Counted from the first letter of the stretch, positions 1 to 13,494 are shown. The stretch: 64,000 bases of DNA from Octopus sinensis (GCF_006345805.1 NC_043003.1:66216001-66280000); one strand, 5' to 3'. The notes: generated by a model not told the origin, from the letters alone. Translations and numbers: made by a program.

Positions 1-2
1 GC

Positions 3-233
3 AGATGCACACTGCATCGACAACAGATTGCATTCCCAGAATATAGAATGATACCTTTTAGTGAGCACATTGAGAAATGCGCAAAGCAACTACTGCCACA
101 ATTTTTAATCTTCCCATTTTACCAATGTGCTTTCGGATCATCAACACAAATGAGACTGAACAAGGAAACATTCTTCATTGAAAAGTACAAACCCAGACTC
201 AACCATCCGAACATACTGACACAGAGAAATTAA
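3..233 (+). mobile_element. Penelope-like element, C-terminal GIY-YIG endonuclease fragment
   Basis: Open frame from base 3: RCTLHRQQIAFPEYRMIPFSEHIEKC...FLIFPFYQ...RLNKETFFIEKYKPRLN. The R..H / SEH / F.I / R..KE..FI....P.LN pattern is the GIY-YIG C-terminus of PLEs, and a hammerhead-like motif follows in the 3' UTR. Confidence 0.8.
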
Positions 234-369
234 CAAGGAAAAGGGAAAAAAATTTTTTAAGCGATTATCTCCCCTACACCGGAAAAAATCACTCACTACC
301 TCCCCTTATTTAGAAATCTCCTGGAAATAAAAACAACGATAATTCCATGCAATATAAACATAACGTCAC

Positions 370-409
370 AAGAAATTTGAAAAGCTACACGCGAAACCGG
401 TAATTTCTT
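370..409 (+). ncRNA. Decayed minimal type-I hammerhead ribozyme in the PLE 3' UTR
   Basis: AAGAAAT-TTGAAAA-GC TACAC GC-GAAA-C CG GTA-ATTTCTT: 7-bp stem I, 2-bp stem II, palindromic ACCGGT stem III; core differs from CUGANGA at C3 and G8. Confidence 0.6.
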
Positions 410-1084
410 TAAAAATTTTTAAAATTATGTCATTTTAAGGAAAGGAAAAAAAAAAAAAAAAATTTTTCCAATATTCTCCAGACATTTTCACACAAATATA
501 TATATTTTTTAACATTTAAGCCTTCTGTCGTTTTTTCACACTTTACTATTTTCTTATATATTCACCCACGTGCTTTACCAAACAAACTTTCTTATCTATA
601 TATATATATATATATATATATATGTTTGTGCGTGTATGTATGTGTATCTATGTAAGTATGTGTATGTGTGCGTGTGTGTGGATATGTGGAAGCAACTTGT
701 TCGTATGTGTATGCATGTTGGTAATTTTGTGTTGAAGGCTTTTTGAAGCATTTGAAATGCAGCCGAATAGAAAACTGCTTCACTAATAGAAAACTTGTGG
801 GGAAAAAAATAACAAAAAAAATAACGAAAAAAAAACAAACTCTTTCCTTCAGCGTTCGTTAGCGTAATAGAGTAATACTAACAAATAGATAAGAAGCTTG
901 TTTTAAGTTTGGTTTTCTTCGCTAACAAACATGTTTGCATTTGATACATGAAATAATGAAATGAAAATTATGACCATCATTATCAACCAGTACAAAATTC
1001 ATCGGATTTCATTATATAAACATTAATATAACGCTTGGACAGCATTAACATGTGCTAAAATACATATGGATCAAAAATAAACAC

Positions 1085-1158
<74 letters not shown>

Positions 1159-1324
1159 GATATATATATATATATATATATAATATAATATAATATAATA
1201 TAATTTATATCTACAATTTATTCCATTAATAAACTCAACATCAAATGGTGTTTTAAAGATAACTTCCAAATAAATTTTTGAAACGTTTCCAAACGAAAAT
1301 GTTGACGTATATAAAAAGCAAACT

Positions 1325-1507
1325 ATATGTATGTATGTATGTATGTAAGTATGTATGTATGTATGTATGTATGTATGTATGTATGTATGTATGTATGTAT
1401 GTATGTATGTATGTATGTATGTATGTATGCATGTATGTATGTATGTATGTATGTATGTATGTATGTATGTATGTATGTATGTATGTATGTATGTATGTAT
1501 GTATGTA
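1325..1507. repeat. (TATG)n microsatellite
   Basis: About 45 near-perfect TATG units; source of the MYVC/HTYI ORFs. Confidence 0.98.
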
Positions 1508-2060
1508 TAGTGTGTGTGTATATGCGTGTGTGCCTCTATATTTGTGAGCGAATATCTTTGTATGTGTCTATAAGAGTGTTTATTCTGTATAAATATACGC
1601 ATGTGTATGAAACCGTTCATGTCAGCATATAAATAAGGAGTATTACGCTTGTTATATTCATCAAAATATTTTAAAACTTATTGAAATCAATACAGGGATG
1701 GAGGTTGTGTATCTTCGTATATAAACTGCTATGAGTTCTATCCTGTTGGCTACCATTGCTTTCACGATCTCGCTCTCCATGGTGCGCTAAATAAAGTGGC
1801 AAGGAGGTTGTTTCCCAAGGGCATGGTTCCTGGTTCACTCCCAGTGCTAGCACCTTAGGCACGTGTCTTCTTTTCCAGCCTCAAGTAGACCAGAGGTGTG
1901 TGAGAGAATTTGGTAGACGGAAACTGAAAGTAGACTTACTTCTGTGTGTTTCAATGTCTACCAAGATTGATATTGAAATGCATGTTTCTACACACTGCTG
2001 GATTTGTTTGTATGATTATGAATTAGAACACAAATACTTAGTACTAAAAACAGAAAAAAT

Positions 2061-2280
2061 AATCTTTTCTACTCGAGGCACAAAGCCCGAAATTTTTTGT
2101 GGGGAGGGGGCCAGTCGATGAGATCGACCCGAGTACACAAAGGTACTCAATTTATCGACCCCGAAAGGATGAAAGCAAAGTCGACCTCGGTGGAATTTGA
2201 ACTCAGAAAGTAAAGACAGACGAAATACCATCTAAGTATTTTTGCCCGGCGTGCTAATGTTTCTGCCAGCTCGTCGACTT
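2061..2280 (-). mobile_element. SINE family C (tRNA-derived head GGCGAGCTGGCAGAAACGTTAGC)
   Basis: Reverse complement of the unit seen at 21966, 59006 and 63543; B-box-like GAGTTCAAATTCC. Confidence 0.85.
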
Positions 2281-2293
2281 GACATGCATATAT

Positions 2294-2697
2294 ATTCCTT
2301 TCTACTCGAGGCATAATGCTCGAAATTTTTGCGGGGCGGAGACCAGTCTATGAGATCAACCCAATTACACAACTGGTACTTAATTTATCGACCTCGAAAT
2401 GATGAAAGGCAAAGTCGACCTCGGCGGAATTTGAACTCAGAAAGTAATAACAAACGAAATACCTATTTCTTTACTACCCACAAGGGGCTAAACACAGAAG
2501 GGATAAACAAGGACAGATAAACGGATTAAGTCGATTGTATCGACCCCAGTGCGTAACTGGCACTTATTTAATAGACCCCGAAAGGTTAAAAGGCGAAGTC
2601 GACCTCGCGGAATTTGAACTCAGGACGTAGCGGCAGACGAAATACCGCTACGCATTTCGCCCGCCGTGCTAACGTTTCTGCCAGCTCGCCCCCTTAA
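2294..2697 (-). mobile_element. SINE family C, dimeric form
   Basis: Two body units joined by TGTGTTTAGCCCCTTGTGGGTAGTAAAGAAATAGG; same layout at 17072-17450 and 25165-25790. Confidence 0.85.
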
Positions 2698-2964
2698 GAA
2701 GAGAAAATATAATAAAGCCAATACGCTAGACATCATTCCAATTAACAATTATTGCATTCATTTTCCATCTTTATTCTCTTTATTTTATGTTTAAATGTAA
2801 TCTAATCCTCGAAGAATGGTTTCATAAATATTTACTGCAAGCAGATCAATGTTCCTCCCTTGTAAAATCGGACAGCGTCAGTGTTTGCACTCTTTCGTCC
2901 GGTTACACAATGCACAAACACACATAGAACATGCACGTGCGCACACATTTTTCTTATGTATTTG

Positions 2965-2978
2965 AACACATACACGCG

Positions 2979-3019
<41 letters not shown>

Positions 3020-3096
3020 AAGCACACGCTCGCACGTTTGGTTCAGTCACAAGCACAAAAGTAAATGAAACACATACTAATGTATGCATATGTGTG

Positions 3097-3135
<39 letters not shown>

Positions 3136-3254
3136 ATCTGTGTGTGTATGTGTGTATATGTATATATACACATTACATGCACACACACACATATGTATAA
3201 ATATGTATATGAATACGATTATACATGCACACACATATACATATATATATAATA

Positions 3255-3285
<31 letters not shown>

Positions 3286-3370
3286 GCATACACACACACG
3301 CACGCACACACACACACACATGCAAACATGCAAACACACACACACACACACACGCACGCACACACATATG
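2965..3370. repeat. Compound (CA)n/(TG)n/(TA)n microsatellite block
   Basis: Alternating dinucleotide tracts seen directly. Confidence 0.95.
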
Positions 3371-4266
3371 CATCTATTACTTTTGTTTTACATTAGTTTC
3401 TCATTCCGGGCAGTGCTTTCATTTCCCTATTAATACAGATGTCTGTCCATTCTCTTTCTTTCTTTTGGCTATCATGCTATAAAATGCACAGCATCCCATC
3501 CGAATACGTTGCGAAAGACATCTGAACATCCGGTCAAATGCTGCATAGCAGCTTCTCTAAAAATCCCGCTGATTCGGCTCTAGGCTTTCTCCCGCAATGC
3601 CGAAAGTGAGCAAAGATTGAAAATGATAAAGACATAACGCTAATGCATTTGGCGCTCGTATCGAATGTGCACTAACGGAGAGCTTCGAAAGTAAATCTAG
3701 TACTAACTACTATGAAATATAATCACAATAAAACAAAACAATGGATTTCCACTCTCAAATTATATCAGCTAAAACGATGTAAAGAAGGTATTTTTACTTC
3801 ACTCGTATTATTCGCTGTTTTAGAGTATTTAGCATTGCAAGCATTATTTTCAGATGAAAATGTATTGAAATGAAGAGAAATATGCGTAATATTCTTTCAT
3901 TTTTTTTTAACAAACAATATTCTAGCAATACAATCCTGCAGAGTAAATAAGTTGCCGTTTTCTCCCGGAATTATTGTTATGCATGAGATAATTTACATAA
4001 TCGAAGTTACGAAATGCCTTTTTAATAATTTATAATCAGCATTTTCATCTGATGGCTTCTATCCATTTGCTGATGTTGAATACTAAAGGTTTTCATTTGT
4101 TTCTAAGCTTCAAAATATTCATAAGATGTCCTCACTGTATTTTCTTTTGTCATATTCTCGGAGAGAAATTTGTATTCATCGTTGCTATTTTGAAAACAAA
4201 TTTCTGAAATGTTCTACTGCGCGATATATGATTGATTTTATTTTCATATATGTATATATATGTATG

Positions 4267-4323
<57 letters not shown>

Positions 4324-4411
4324 GTATACATATAAATACACATTAATACAGATATACATATTATATATATGCATATATATATATTTTGTATATCTATCTA
4401 TCTATCTCTCG

Positions 4412-4463
<52 letters not shown>

Positions 4464-5039
4464 ATGCATAAACACACACACACGCACACGCGTATCGCTA
4501 TCTCTGCTTAATATGAATTCTTTTTCTTCTAATTACACATTTAAGCATTTCGTTTTATTAATTCGAATCAGCATTTCGTACGATCGATCCAAGAACAAAA
4601 AAAAAAAAAAGCAAAAGAAAAATTCGACATTCACAGATATACAGATATAGATTATATTACTCTCAGAAATTTAGACGGTATTTTAATATTTTAATATTTT
4701 CTGTATATTTTAGATTATATTTAAAAGGAGAATATAAAATATTTCGTTTCTTTCCGTTTCATTCTTTCTATGCAAATCAATGCTTATCGGCCAGTTTTTA
4801 AAGTATCTCAGATACTTCCTCGATCGTAAAAATAAACATACGATTGACGTTTGTATACAGGCATATGTATTCTCATATATATGAAAATATTTTAATGATT
4901 TATAAAAATATTTGCCTATGAAAAGCAATACCACTTTATTTTACATTATTAAACGTTACTTCACAAGTTTCCATGCATTGTCTCTTTAAGCGTTTTAACA
5001 TCTACGGCCAAATTAATGTAGAAATATTCACACACTTCG

Positions 5040-5070
5040 AATACATACACATACATACATACAAACATAC

Positions 5071-5118
<48 letters not shown>

Positions 5119-5217
5119 TTTATATATGTATGTATATACACACATAGGAGTAGAGGGAGAAAGAGAGAGATAAGGAATAGACATACATATACATACACAC
5201 ACACACACATATATATA

Positions 5218-5290
<73 letters not shown>

Positions 5291-5450
5291 AGCAGAAAGA
5301 GATAGATAGATACATAGATTGATATACACACATATACATACCTACATACATGAATACATACAAACATACATACATATATACATACATACATACATACATA
5401 CATACATAATACATACATACATACATACATACATACAGACATACATATGT
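5040..5450. repeat. Compound (TA)n/(CATA)n microsatellite block
   Basis: Seen directly. Confidence 0.95.
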
Positions 5451-6394
5451 ATCCATTGGACGTCGATTCTACAATATTCCTTTCATATTGTTATCAGTCT
5501 CTGATTTGTTCCTTACACGTTGCCAATCAAAATGATTGCATTGCTTAGGCCATTCAAATTAACTGAATTTTCCATTTAATCATATTCTGTTGACTTGCAA
5601 AACAACGGTTACTTTAATATCAAATACATTGTGTTTAAATATTCGACTAACGGTCATGGCTAGCAAGGTTTTGATCATAAATCTGCTCACTGAGGATGAC
5701 TAAGTCGCAAACAACTAGAAAATTTATTGTGAAACCTTTGTTACAAGTTCTATCTTGTCCCTCACAAAACTGTTATGCTCTATCTAAAATAGTAACCAAA
5801 CCATCTCAGTGTTTCTTCTAATCAATCACCATCCTGTTTAAACAGAGAGAAAGAGAAGGAGAGAGAGAGAAAAACATACAAGTACAAACAAATACACGCG
5901 CGCGCATACTCATTCGTTCTGCAATCATAACATACTACCAAGTGTATTAAAGATCGACAATGAATATTGTGCGGTATTTACTTCTGTGTTAGCAGTGCGT
6001 TATTTTCATTTTCAAATTTATCTGTACAGATTTTCTATAGAGTTCATAATCAACACTCAAAGTAACAGCGTCATAACCATCAGTGTTACTGTGAACTCTG
6101 TAAAAACACTCACACACTCATACACACACACATGCATACACACAAGCACGCTCGCACACACACATTTATGCATACATACGCATATACATTCATATATATA
6201 CATATATATGATAGTCACGAGGCAATAACTGTCAGGAAATTACAGTTTGGGGTTTGTAACTCTGTAAGCTTCATTTAGCTAATTATAAATACACGCACTG
6301 GTTTTGTTTTTCTTCTCTATTTTTTGTTTGCCATTTGACTAGCCATTTAATCAATTAACTGTCTTTCGTGAGTATCAATAAAACAAATTACTTA

Positions 6395-6715
6395 ATGAAT
6401 GACCATGGGATTGCACCTAGAAAGTTTCCTTCCGCGACACAAGTCAGGACAATATTGTTTGTGGAAGGCTAGCACTCTCCCATGTATACCGGCCTCCCCT
6501 CTCCACACCACTGATGTTATCCAAGCGAAAGGCAAAGGCCGATACAGCTTGGCACCAGGGATGTCGCCACTCATTTCTACACATGAGTGAACTGGAGCAA
6601 CGTGAAATAAAGTGTCTTGCTCAAGAACACAACACACAGCCCGGTCCGAGAATCAAACTCAGAATCTCACGATCGTAAGCTCTACGCTCTATCCACTGAG
6701 CCCAGCGTCTTCCCC
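6395..6715 (-). mobile_element. SINE family A (tRNA-derived)
   Basis: Reverse-complement match to 13731-14064 over the whole length. Confidence 0.85.
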
Positions 6716-7644
6716 TAATGATATATAATACCACCAATAGAACTATACCCTATAATCAGACCAATTAAAATAGGAAGCGACTGTAGTACTAGATACACAA
6801 ACACACACACATGCGTACATACCAGTATGCAACCAACGGATATATACGCGTGCTAGCGAGATATATTTAGTTGCTAGACCATATCATAGAAAGCAGCAAT
6901 ATTTCAGTTAAGCCAGACCCTAAATATGGAATATTATACTCAATAGATAAACTTAACCTTTACTTGAAATTCGATATTGTTCCTCAAATTATCAGAAACA
7001 TCCAGCAATACAAATAACTTTGTTTAAACAGCTTTACAAATATCTTTGGTTTTATATGTAATTTCACGATTAAGAAGCTCCAACAACATATAAATATACA
7101 TTTCCGTTAATAGATGTTTAAGATTTCAGTGTTAAAATTCATAATTATCATGCTGTTTGTCACTGCGCCATCATATTTATTCAATTTAACCAAACAATGC
7201 TGTCACACTGGAAATGCCTATGGCAAGCAGCGTTAAATTCCGCTGGATTCAAAACAAACATCATATCGCCATTTTTATTTATACAATCCTTTGACAACTC
7301 AACCGACCACAGTGAATCACCTACCAATATCCAGATATTATTGTGTTTACAGATACTTCACAGAGAATCTAAGTATTTATTCAAGTAACTGAAATATCTT
7401 CAATCGTAACTCTGAATTTTGTATTTGGTTTCTTCAAAAATTTCTTTTATCTACGTTTAAATGAAAGCATGAAATTCAGGCGTTTGCATATGGATATAAG
7501 ATAATTATTCGAGATTTAACGAAATTAGCTCCACTTCCATGGTGGGGACGCAAATGACATAGTGACAATTGGAAACAAATTAAGAAGCGATAATCTGAAG
7601 AATCGAGGGTTCAACAAAACTGACAGGCCTTAAAGGACTACCTC

Positions 7645-7693
7645 GCTGCATTCAGACGTGTGTTTCGGCATTACTATACGTCATCAGCGCAGC
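7645..7693 (-). ncRNA. Hammerhead-ribozyme-like motif with GUC triplet
   Basis: Minus strand GCTGCG-CTGATGA-C GTAT AGTA ATGC C-GAAA-C ACAC GTC-TGAA TGCAGC: intact core; stem I pairs only with a 4-nt bulge. Confidence 0.5.
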
Positions 7694-7826
7694 AATTATC
7701 CTTCGTTATCACCAGTAATAGAAATGTCAGTATTTATATAAAAGATCAGAATACAGCTGTGGCCATAGGTAATTTGCATACATGAAAAGAAATTTAGCTA
7801 AGAGAAAAAAATTTAAGTGCTCAATA

Positions 7827-7990
7827 GCCGCAGGAGTGGTTGTGTGGTAAGTAGCTGGCTTACCAATCACATGGCTCCCGGTTCAGTCCCACTGCGTGGC
7901 AAACTGGGCGCAAATGGCTTCTACTATAGCCTTGGGCCGACCAAAGCCTTGTGAGTGGATTTGGTAGACGGAAACTGAAAGAAACCCGTC

Positions 7991-8027
<37 letters not shown>

Positions 8028-8245
8028 AGTGTATGCATGTATGTATTTGTGTATCTGTGTTTTCCCCCCAATATTGCTTGAGAACCGATGGTGATGTGTT
8101 TACGTCCCCATAACGTAGCGGTTCGACAAAAAAGACCGATAGAATAAGTACTAGGCTTACAAAGAATAAGCCCTGGTGTTGATTTGCTCAACTAAGGGCG
8201 GTGCTTCAGCATGGCCACAGTTAAAGGACTTATACAAATAAAGGA
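7827..8245 (+). mobile_element. SINE family D (tRNA head, CORE-like CTTGGGCAAG body, internal TA/TG microsatellite)
   Basis: GCAGGAGTGG(C/T)TGTGTGGTAAG head and GGATTTGGTAGACGGAAACTGAAAGAA body; more than 10 copies in the window. Confidence 0.85.
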
Positions 8246-8309
8246 AATGCAAATACTTAAACATTTAATTAATTCTTGAATTATTGAAATTACCCCCACC
8301 CCCTCCCGG

Positions 8310-8600
8310 ATGAGGTTAATAAGTATAAGTAATAAGTTAATTTTTGGGCTCAAAAAGCAAAAAGCAAGGCCATGTAGGGGGACATGGAGTTATGTACAGG
8401 GGTGTTCATGCAAAGAGTTCAGGCTATTTCTGGTCAAGAGAGACTTTGAACCCAGCGGTCGTCGGCATCTTCACTATCTCGTCCAGCAGCTTATTCCACG
8501 GATCCGCAACCCGGACGGAGAAAGCCCCTCTCCTTCGATTGAGATGAAATCGTCGCAGATAGAGCTTTTCGGAGTGACCCCGCTGCCTACGCTCTGGAGC
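8310..8600 (-). mobile_element. CR1/L2-like LINE 3' fragment
   Basis: LRRFHLNRRRGAFSVRVADPWNKLLDEIVKMPTTAGFKVSLD matches the F..RV...WN.LP..VV......FK..LD C-terminus of CR1-group ORF2. Confidence 0.8.
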
Positions 8601-8801
8601 AGCAGTAAAGAACAGCTCTTTCGAGAGGTTACATTTTCCGCTTATGATGTTGAGCCACAACACAGTGTCAATTAGTGCCAACTTAAAATGAGATGGGGAA
8701 ATAACCTCGAAAATAAAAAGGCTAGATGTTTGGCGTAAAATCAAAGAATAAATATTCTGATAGTTTGGAAAATGCTGATTACCTGTTGATATGTAGATAA
8801 A

Positions 8802-9189
8802 CGCAAGAATTGCTGTGTGGTAAGTAGCTTGCTTACCAGTCACATGGTTTCGGGTTCATTCCCTTGGGCAAGTGACTTCTACAATAGCCTCGAGCCGACC
8901 AAAGCCTTGTGAGTTGATTTGGTAGACGGAAACTGAAAAAAGCCCGTCATATATATGTAGATATATATATATGTATGTGTGTGTATATGTTTGTGTGTCT
9001 GTGTTTGTTCCCCCAACATCTTTTGACAACTGATAGCGTTGTGTTTCCTTCCCCGCAACTAAGCGGTTCGGCAAAAGAGGCCGATAGAATAAGCATTATG
9101 CTTACAAAGAATAAGTCCCGGGGTCGATTTGCTCGACTAAAGCAGTGCTCCAGCATAGCTGCAGCCAAATGACTGAAACAAGTAAAAGA
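8802..9189 (+). mobile_element. SINE family D copy
   Basis: Matches 7827-8245 and 47781-48195. Confidence 0.85.
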
Positions 9190-10618
9190 GTATATGTGTT
9201 TCAATTGCAACATGCGTCATCAGCACAGAAATTAGTTAACAGCAACTCTAGTAATAGGGAACATAGATAAATACGAAAAAAACCCCTGCAAAACATGTTA
9301 AGAACTTGCTCTACAATTCTTCGTATACGCCTATGTATCATCGAAATGGAAATGATTTAGAAAAATTGCTCTGATGACGTTTATTGAGGCAAAAAACACG
9401 TGACTACCTCCGTCATCTTGTCTCCGGATAATACAAAATTATTTTCCTTAATAGCTTGCCAATTTCCTGGAATTCCTGATTTTTGAAATTATCTTTCCTT
9501 GTTAATTTAAGATAAATGATAACCATCAAGCGATGGGTACATACTTTTTATTTCTCTCTTAATCCCTGGCTCCATTCGTTCTCTCTCTGTTTCTGTCTTT
9601 CTGTTCCTATATCTTTCTCTCCCTCTGTCTATCTCTTTGTCTCTCTCTCTCTTTCTCTCTCTCACTCTCACTCTCGCTCCCTCTCTCCTATCTCTGTCTT
9701 TCTCTCTTTCCCCTTCACTCCCTCGTTGTCTCTACAAGTATTAATAATTTCTATATATGAAACTTTATCCTGCATGTTGTTGCTTAACGTATCCTCGATT
9801 CCTTCATATGGTCCTAATACATGTTCAAGTTCACAGAACATTCTAAGCTAATGGACCTAGTTGGTTTCAAAAATTGATGTTTATCGAAATTCTAAAATTT
9901 GGCACAATAATATACTCTTCCAAGTTGAATTGCTGGTGTTATTTCAATTTTTCCAGAAAAATGTTTTTAAAAAGTTATACAGGTTTAAATTCTGATCCCT
10001 TTGATTTGAAAACTGTCATTTGAAAACTGTCATTTTGTTCGTGATTCCATATTTTATCGTCGGCATCCTGAAAATAGTACGTGTTTTCAATATTTGTAAA
10101 CAAGACAAGTTTTGTAGTTTTGAAGCACTCAATGTGCATTTATCCAAAAACATTATTTAGCTGTTATTTTTAGCACACATCACAACCACATCAAGGACAA
10201 AAAGAAACGAGTAAACAAGTAATTTTAAGCATTCAAAATGCATTTAATACAAATGCAATGAACAATACGTTTCACACGATAAACACATTACAATTTTTTC
10301 CCACAAATAATTTCAATACAGTTTTTACAGAAAGATTTGGAAGAATTAGATAAAAGTTCTCTGGGAATTTTCTTTCATGTCAATAAATGTTTATGTTAAT
10401 TTAAAAGATATATATATATAAAATGTTATTTAGCTGCTATTTTTAGCACACTTCAATGTAGTCTAAGCATTCAATGTGCATTTAATGCCAATGCGATGAA
10501 AAACACGTTACAAATTAAATATTGTAAAAATAACAAACATCTTGTTGACCCGTTCATAAATTCACATTCTCAACTGTCAACAGATAGGTAAAGCATGTGG
10601 TTTCAATATATTTCCCAG

Positions 10619-10680
10619 CATGTGCTTTCGCGCCGACAAATGGATTCTCATGGTCCGCTTTTTACTATGGAAAAAGGCAT
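10619..10680 (+). CDS. Candidate small exon (unassigned)
   Basis: tttcccag acceptor, CAT|gtatgt donor; open as HVLSRRQMDSHGPLFTMEKG (phase 0 to 2). No protein family recognised. Confidence 0.2.
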
Positions 10681-10769
10681 GTATGTGTCAATGGCTTACC
10701 ATTGGCTAAAACTACCGAAATTTTCAAACTTTAAATGTTAATAACTCTTTATTTATTGATTTATTCCAG

Positions 10770-10869
10770 AAAAGGTTTTTACCTCATTCCTTGCCCAATA
10801 AAAGTATATCGTTACCCTGAATATCAAATCAATTCGAACAGAATTGATGCTGGCAGCCAAACATACTAG
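10770..10869 (+). CDS. Candidate terminal exon (unassigned)
   Basis: ttattgatttattccag acceptor 89 nt after the 10681 donor; phase-compatible frame KGFYLIPCPIKVYRYPEYQINSNRIDAGSQTY-stop. Confidence 0.2.
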
Positions 10870-11195
10870 ATCCAAGTTATTTTTCTGAGGACATTTTAAT
10901 TTCACACACGCACACACACACACATACACACAGACAGACAGACAGACACACACACACACAAACACACACACACACCACACACACACACACACACAACACA
11001 CACACACACATATATATATATATATGAACAAGGAGCATTATTTATAGTCATGAAATGTTAGAATCATGTATTGCTGAAACAATCGTAACGAACGAATAAC
11101 CGTAATTCTTATAGTTACTGATCACACATGTATACATGCTATACGTGTGTGTTGTGTGTGTGTGCGTGTGTGTGTGTGCGTGCGTGCGTGTGTGT

Positions 11196-11243
<48 letters not shown>

Positions 11244-12116
11244 GTTCGTCCTTCAATAAGAAAAAAAACCCAGCGAATATCACTTGAACAAACGGTTCGG
11301 TAGGATGCGTAAATACGAATAATTTTTCTGTTTAGCTAATGTTGATTTTACACATTTCAGAATATTTGTGTTCATAAATCATTCCGAATATTAGGTCACA
11401 TATTTTGCCACATGTAATGAATGTACATGTGCACACACGAACAAACGAGTATATGCAGACGTATATAATTCCATAGACACATATACAAGTACACACATAC
11501 ACACACACACATCACAACAGACATACATTCATATGCATATATATATGTATACATGCATATATGCCAATATATATATGTAAATATACATATATATATATAG
11601 ATATAGATATATATATAGGAGAAAAACTCCATAAGAGATGACGCTAAATATTACTTATATATATATATGTGTGTGTGTGTGTGGATGCATTTATGTGTGT
11701 GTCTGTTTGTGAGTGTATATCTGTATATACAGATGTAGAAAAATATATATATACAACCATATGCATAGATGCATGTACACACACATATACATATATGTAT
11801 GTATGTGTATATATATATGAGTGTGTATGTATGTATATACCTAATTATATGTGTGTGTGTATATATATATATATAGAGAGAGAGAGATTATATATATATG
11901 TATATATAGAGAGAGAGGGAGAGGAGGACACAGAGACAGACAGACTGACAGACATACAGACAGATGTAACACTAATGTTCTGATTACACCTTATGCTGCC
12001 CTAACAGCCTCTTTCTGACTCCTAGATAAATCACTCACCTCATTTCCTAAGTACATCGCCTCCTCCAATCCAATCCAACACTCATTAGGAACTACTTTGC
12101 CGTATTCACATTTCAG

Positions 12117-12259
12117 GGGTGCGGCACATGATTACTTTGCCCGAGGCACATCCACCTTTTATAACCTTATGCCACTTTTTAGTTTAATTTGCGCTTGGCT
12201 TTCTTTCTACATATTTATTCCTTTTCTCACACCGGAACGCTTTCACCTCCCTACTGTTC
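12117..12259 (+). CDS. Candidate exon with hydrophobic stretch (unassigned)
   Basis: cacatttcag acceptor; [47 protein letters not shown]; the donor gtatgt is also the start of a microsatellite. Confidence 0.15.
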
Positions 12260-12493
12260 GTATGTATGTAAAACAATATATATATATATATATATATACT
12301 CATATACATATATGAATATATATATATATATATTTATAGATACACACATATATATATATATACATGTTTTTACCTATATTTATGCATATATATACACGAA
12401 TGTATGTATGTATAAGTTTATAAGTATATAATATATACATATATACATAGATGTATAATATTACTATTATTGTTATTGTTATTATTATTATTA

Positions 12494-12553
<60 letters not shown>

Positions 12554-12572
12554 TTATGTTCGTGTATATATA

Positions 12573-12618
<46 letters not shown>

Positions 12619-12940
12619 TATATATATGGTTTTATGTATATGTGTGTCTGCTTGTATGCGTGTGTCTAGTAATATAATAAATATATGTGTGTGCATATAT
12701 ACATATATTTATTAAGAGAGAGAGAGAGAGAGGGAGGGAAGGCGGGAGATGTGTAAATATACAAGTATATATACACACATATATATATATATTTATTTAT
12801 GCGTGTGCGTATATATGTAAATATATGTTTATATCTGTGTGTGAATTTATGTGCATACACTTGAATATATATATATTTCTTTTCTCTATTCTTTTTTCAA
12901 TTAAGCTTTGTATATAAAGCGATGTATTTTATGCTTTCAG

Positions 12941-13013
12941 TGGAGCCACTTTCGACAATTAGAAGTTGTCCTGGAATCCATTCTGTTCCACTAACTTTGT
13001 TTAAGATAATACT
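12941..13013 (+). CDS. Candidate 73-nt exon (unassigned)
   Basis: atgctttcag acceptor and gtaagt donor; one open frame, EPLSTIRSCPGIHSVPLTLFKII. Confidence 0.3.
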
Positions 13014-13161
13014 GTAAGTATTTTATGCATTTTCTCAGCGTATGTCGATGACTCATATAGATTTTACTGACGGTGGCAACCTGCGTTTTCGTTCATTTGA
13101 TTTACAGAAACATGTTTCCCGGGGGTTACTTACGTACAGATGTCTGTTTGCATATCACTCC

Positions 13162-13187
13162 ATCTCTATCTATCTATCTATCCATCC

Positions 13188-13273
<86 letters not shown>

Positions 13274-13295
13274 ATATCTATCTATCTATCTATCT
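13162..13295. repeat. (TCTA)n microsatellite
   Basis: Seen directly. Confidence 0.97.
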
Positions 13296-13494
13296 GTATG
13301 TGTGTCTGTCTGTCTGTTTGTCTACTTGTTTGTCTCTCTGTCTACTTAGCAGTCTGTCTGTTTCATTGTTTCCTCGTCTGTGTATCTGGCTAGCTAGCTG
13401 TATAACTGTATGTCTATCTATCTAGCTACTTGTCTAAACATCTATCCATCTACGCATCATTCAAAATATACACGCATTTTATATACATATGTAA

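Noticed and set aside
5690-5715. CTGAGGA-T-GAC TAA GTC-GCAAAC hammerhead-like stretch
   Set aside because: GAAA is interrupted and there is no GUH triplet or stem I; not counted.
9195-9400. Two CTGATGACG motifs (minus ~9200-9230, plus ~9372-9400)
   Set aside because: Stem II or GAAA and the cleavage triplet are broken; at most decayed relatives of 7645.
10619-10680. Alternative frame CAFAPTNGFSWSAFYYGKR resembling an amidated neuropeptide end
   Set aside because: No signal peptide, no repeats and no peptide family I recognise; GKR occurs by chance.
12040-12110. Minus-strand ECWIGLEE suggesting a lectin/fibrinogen-type motif
   Set aside because: The frame ends in a stop just before the donor-like site and is too short to support.
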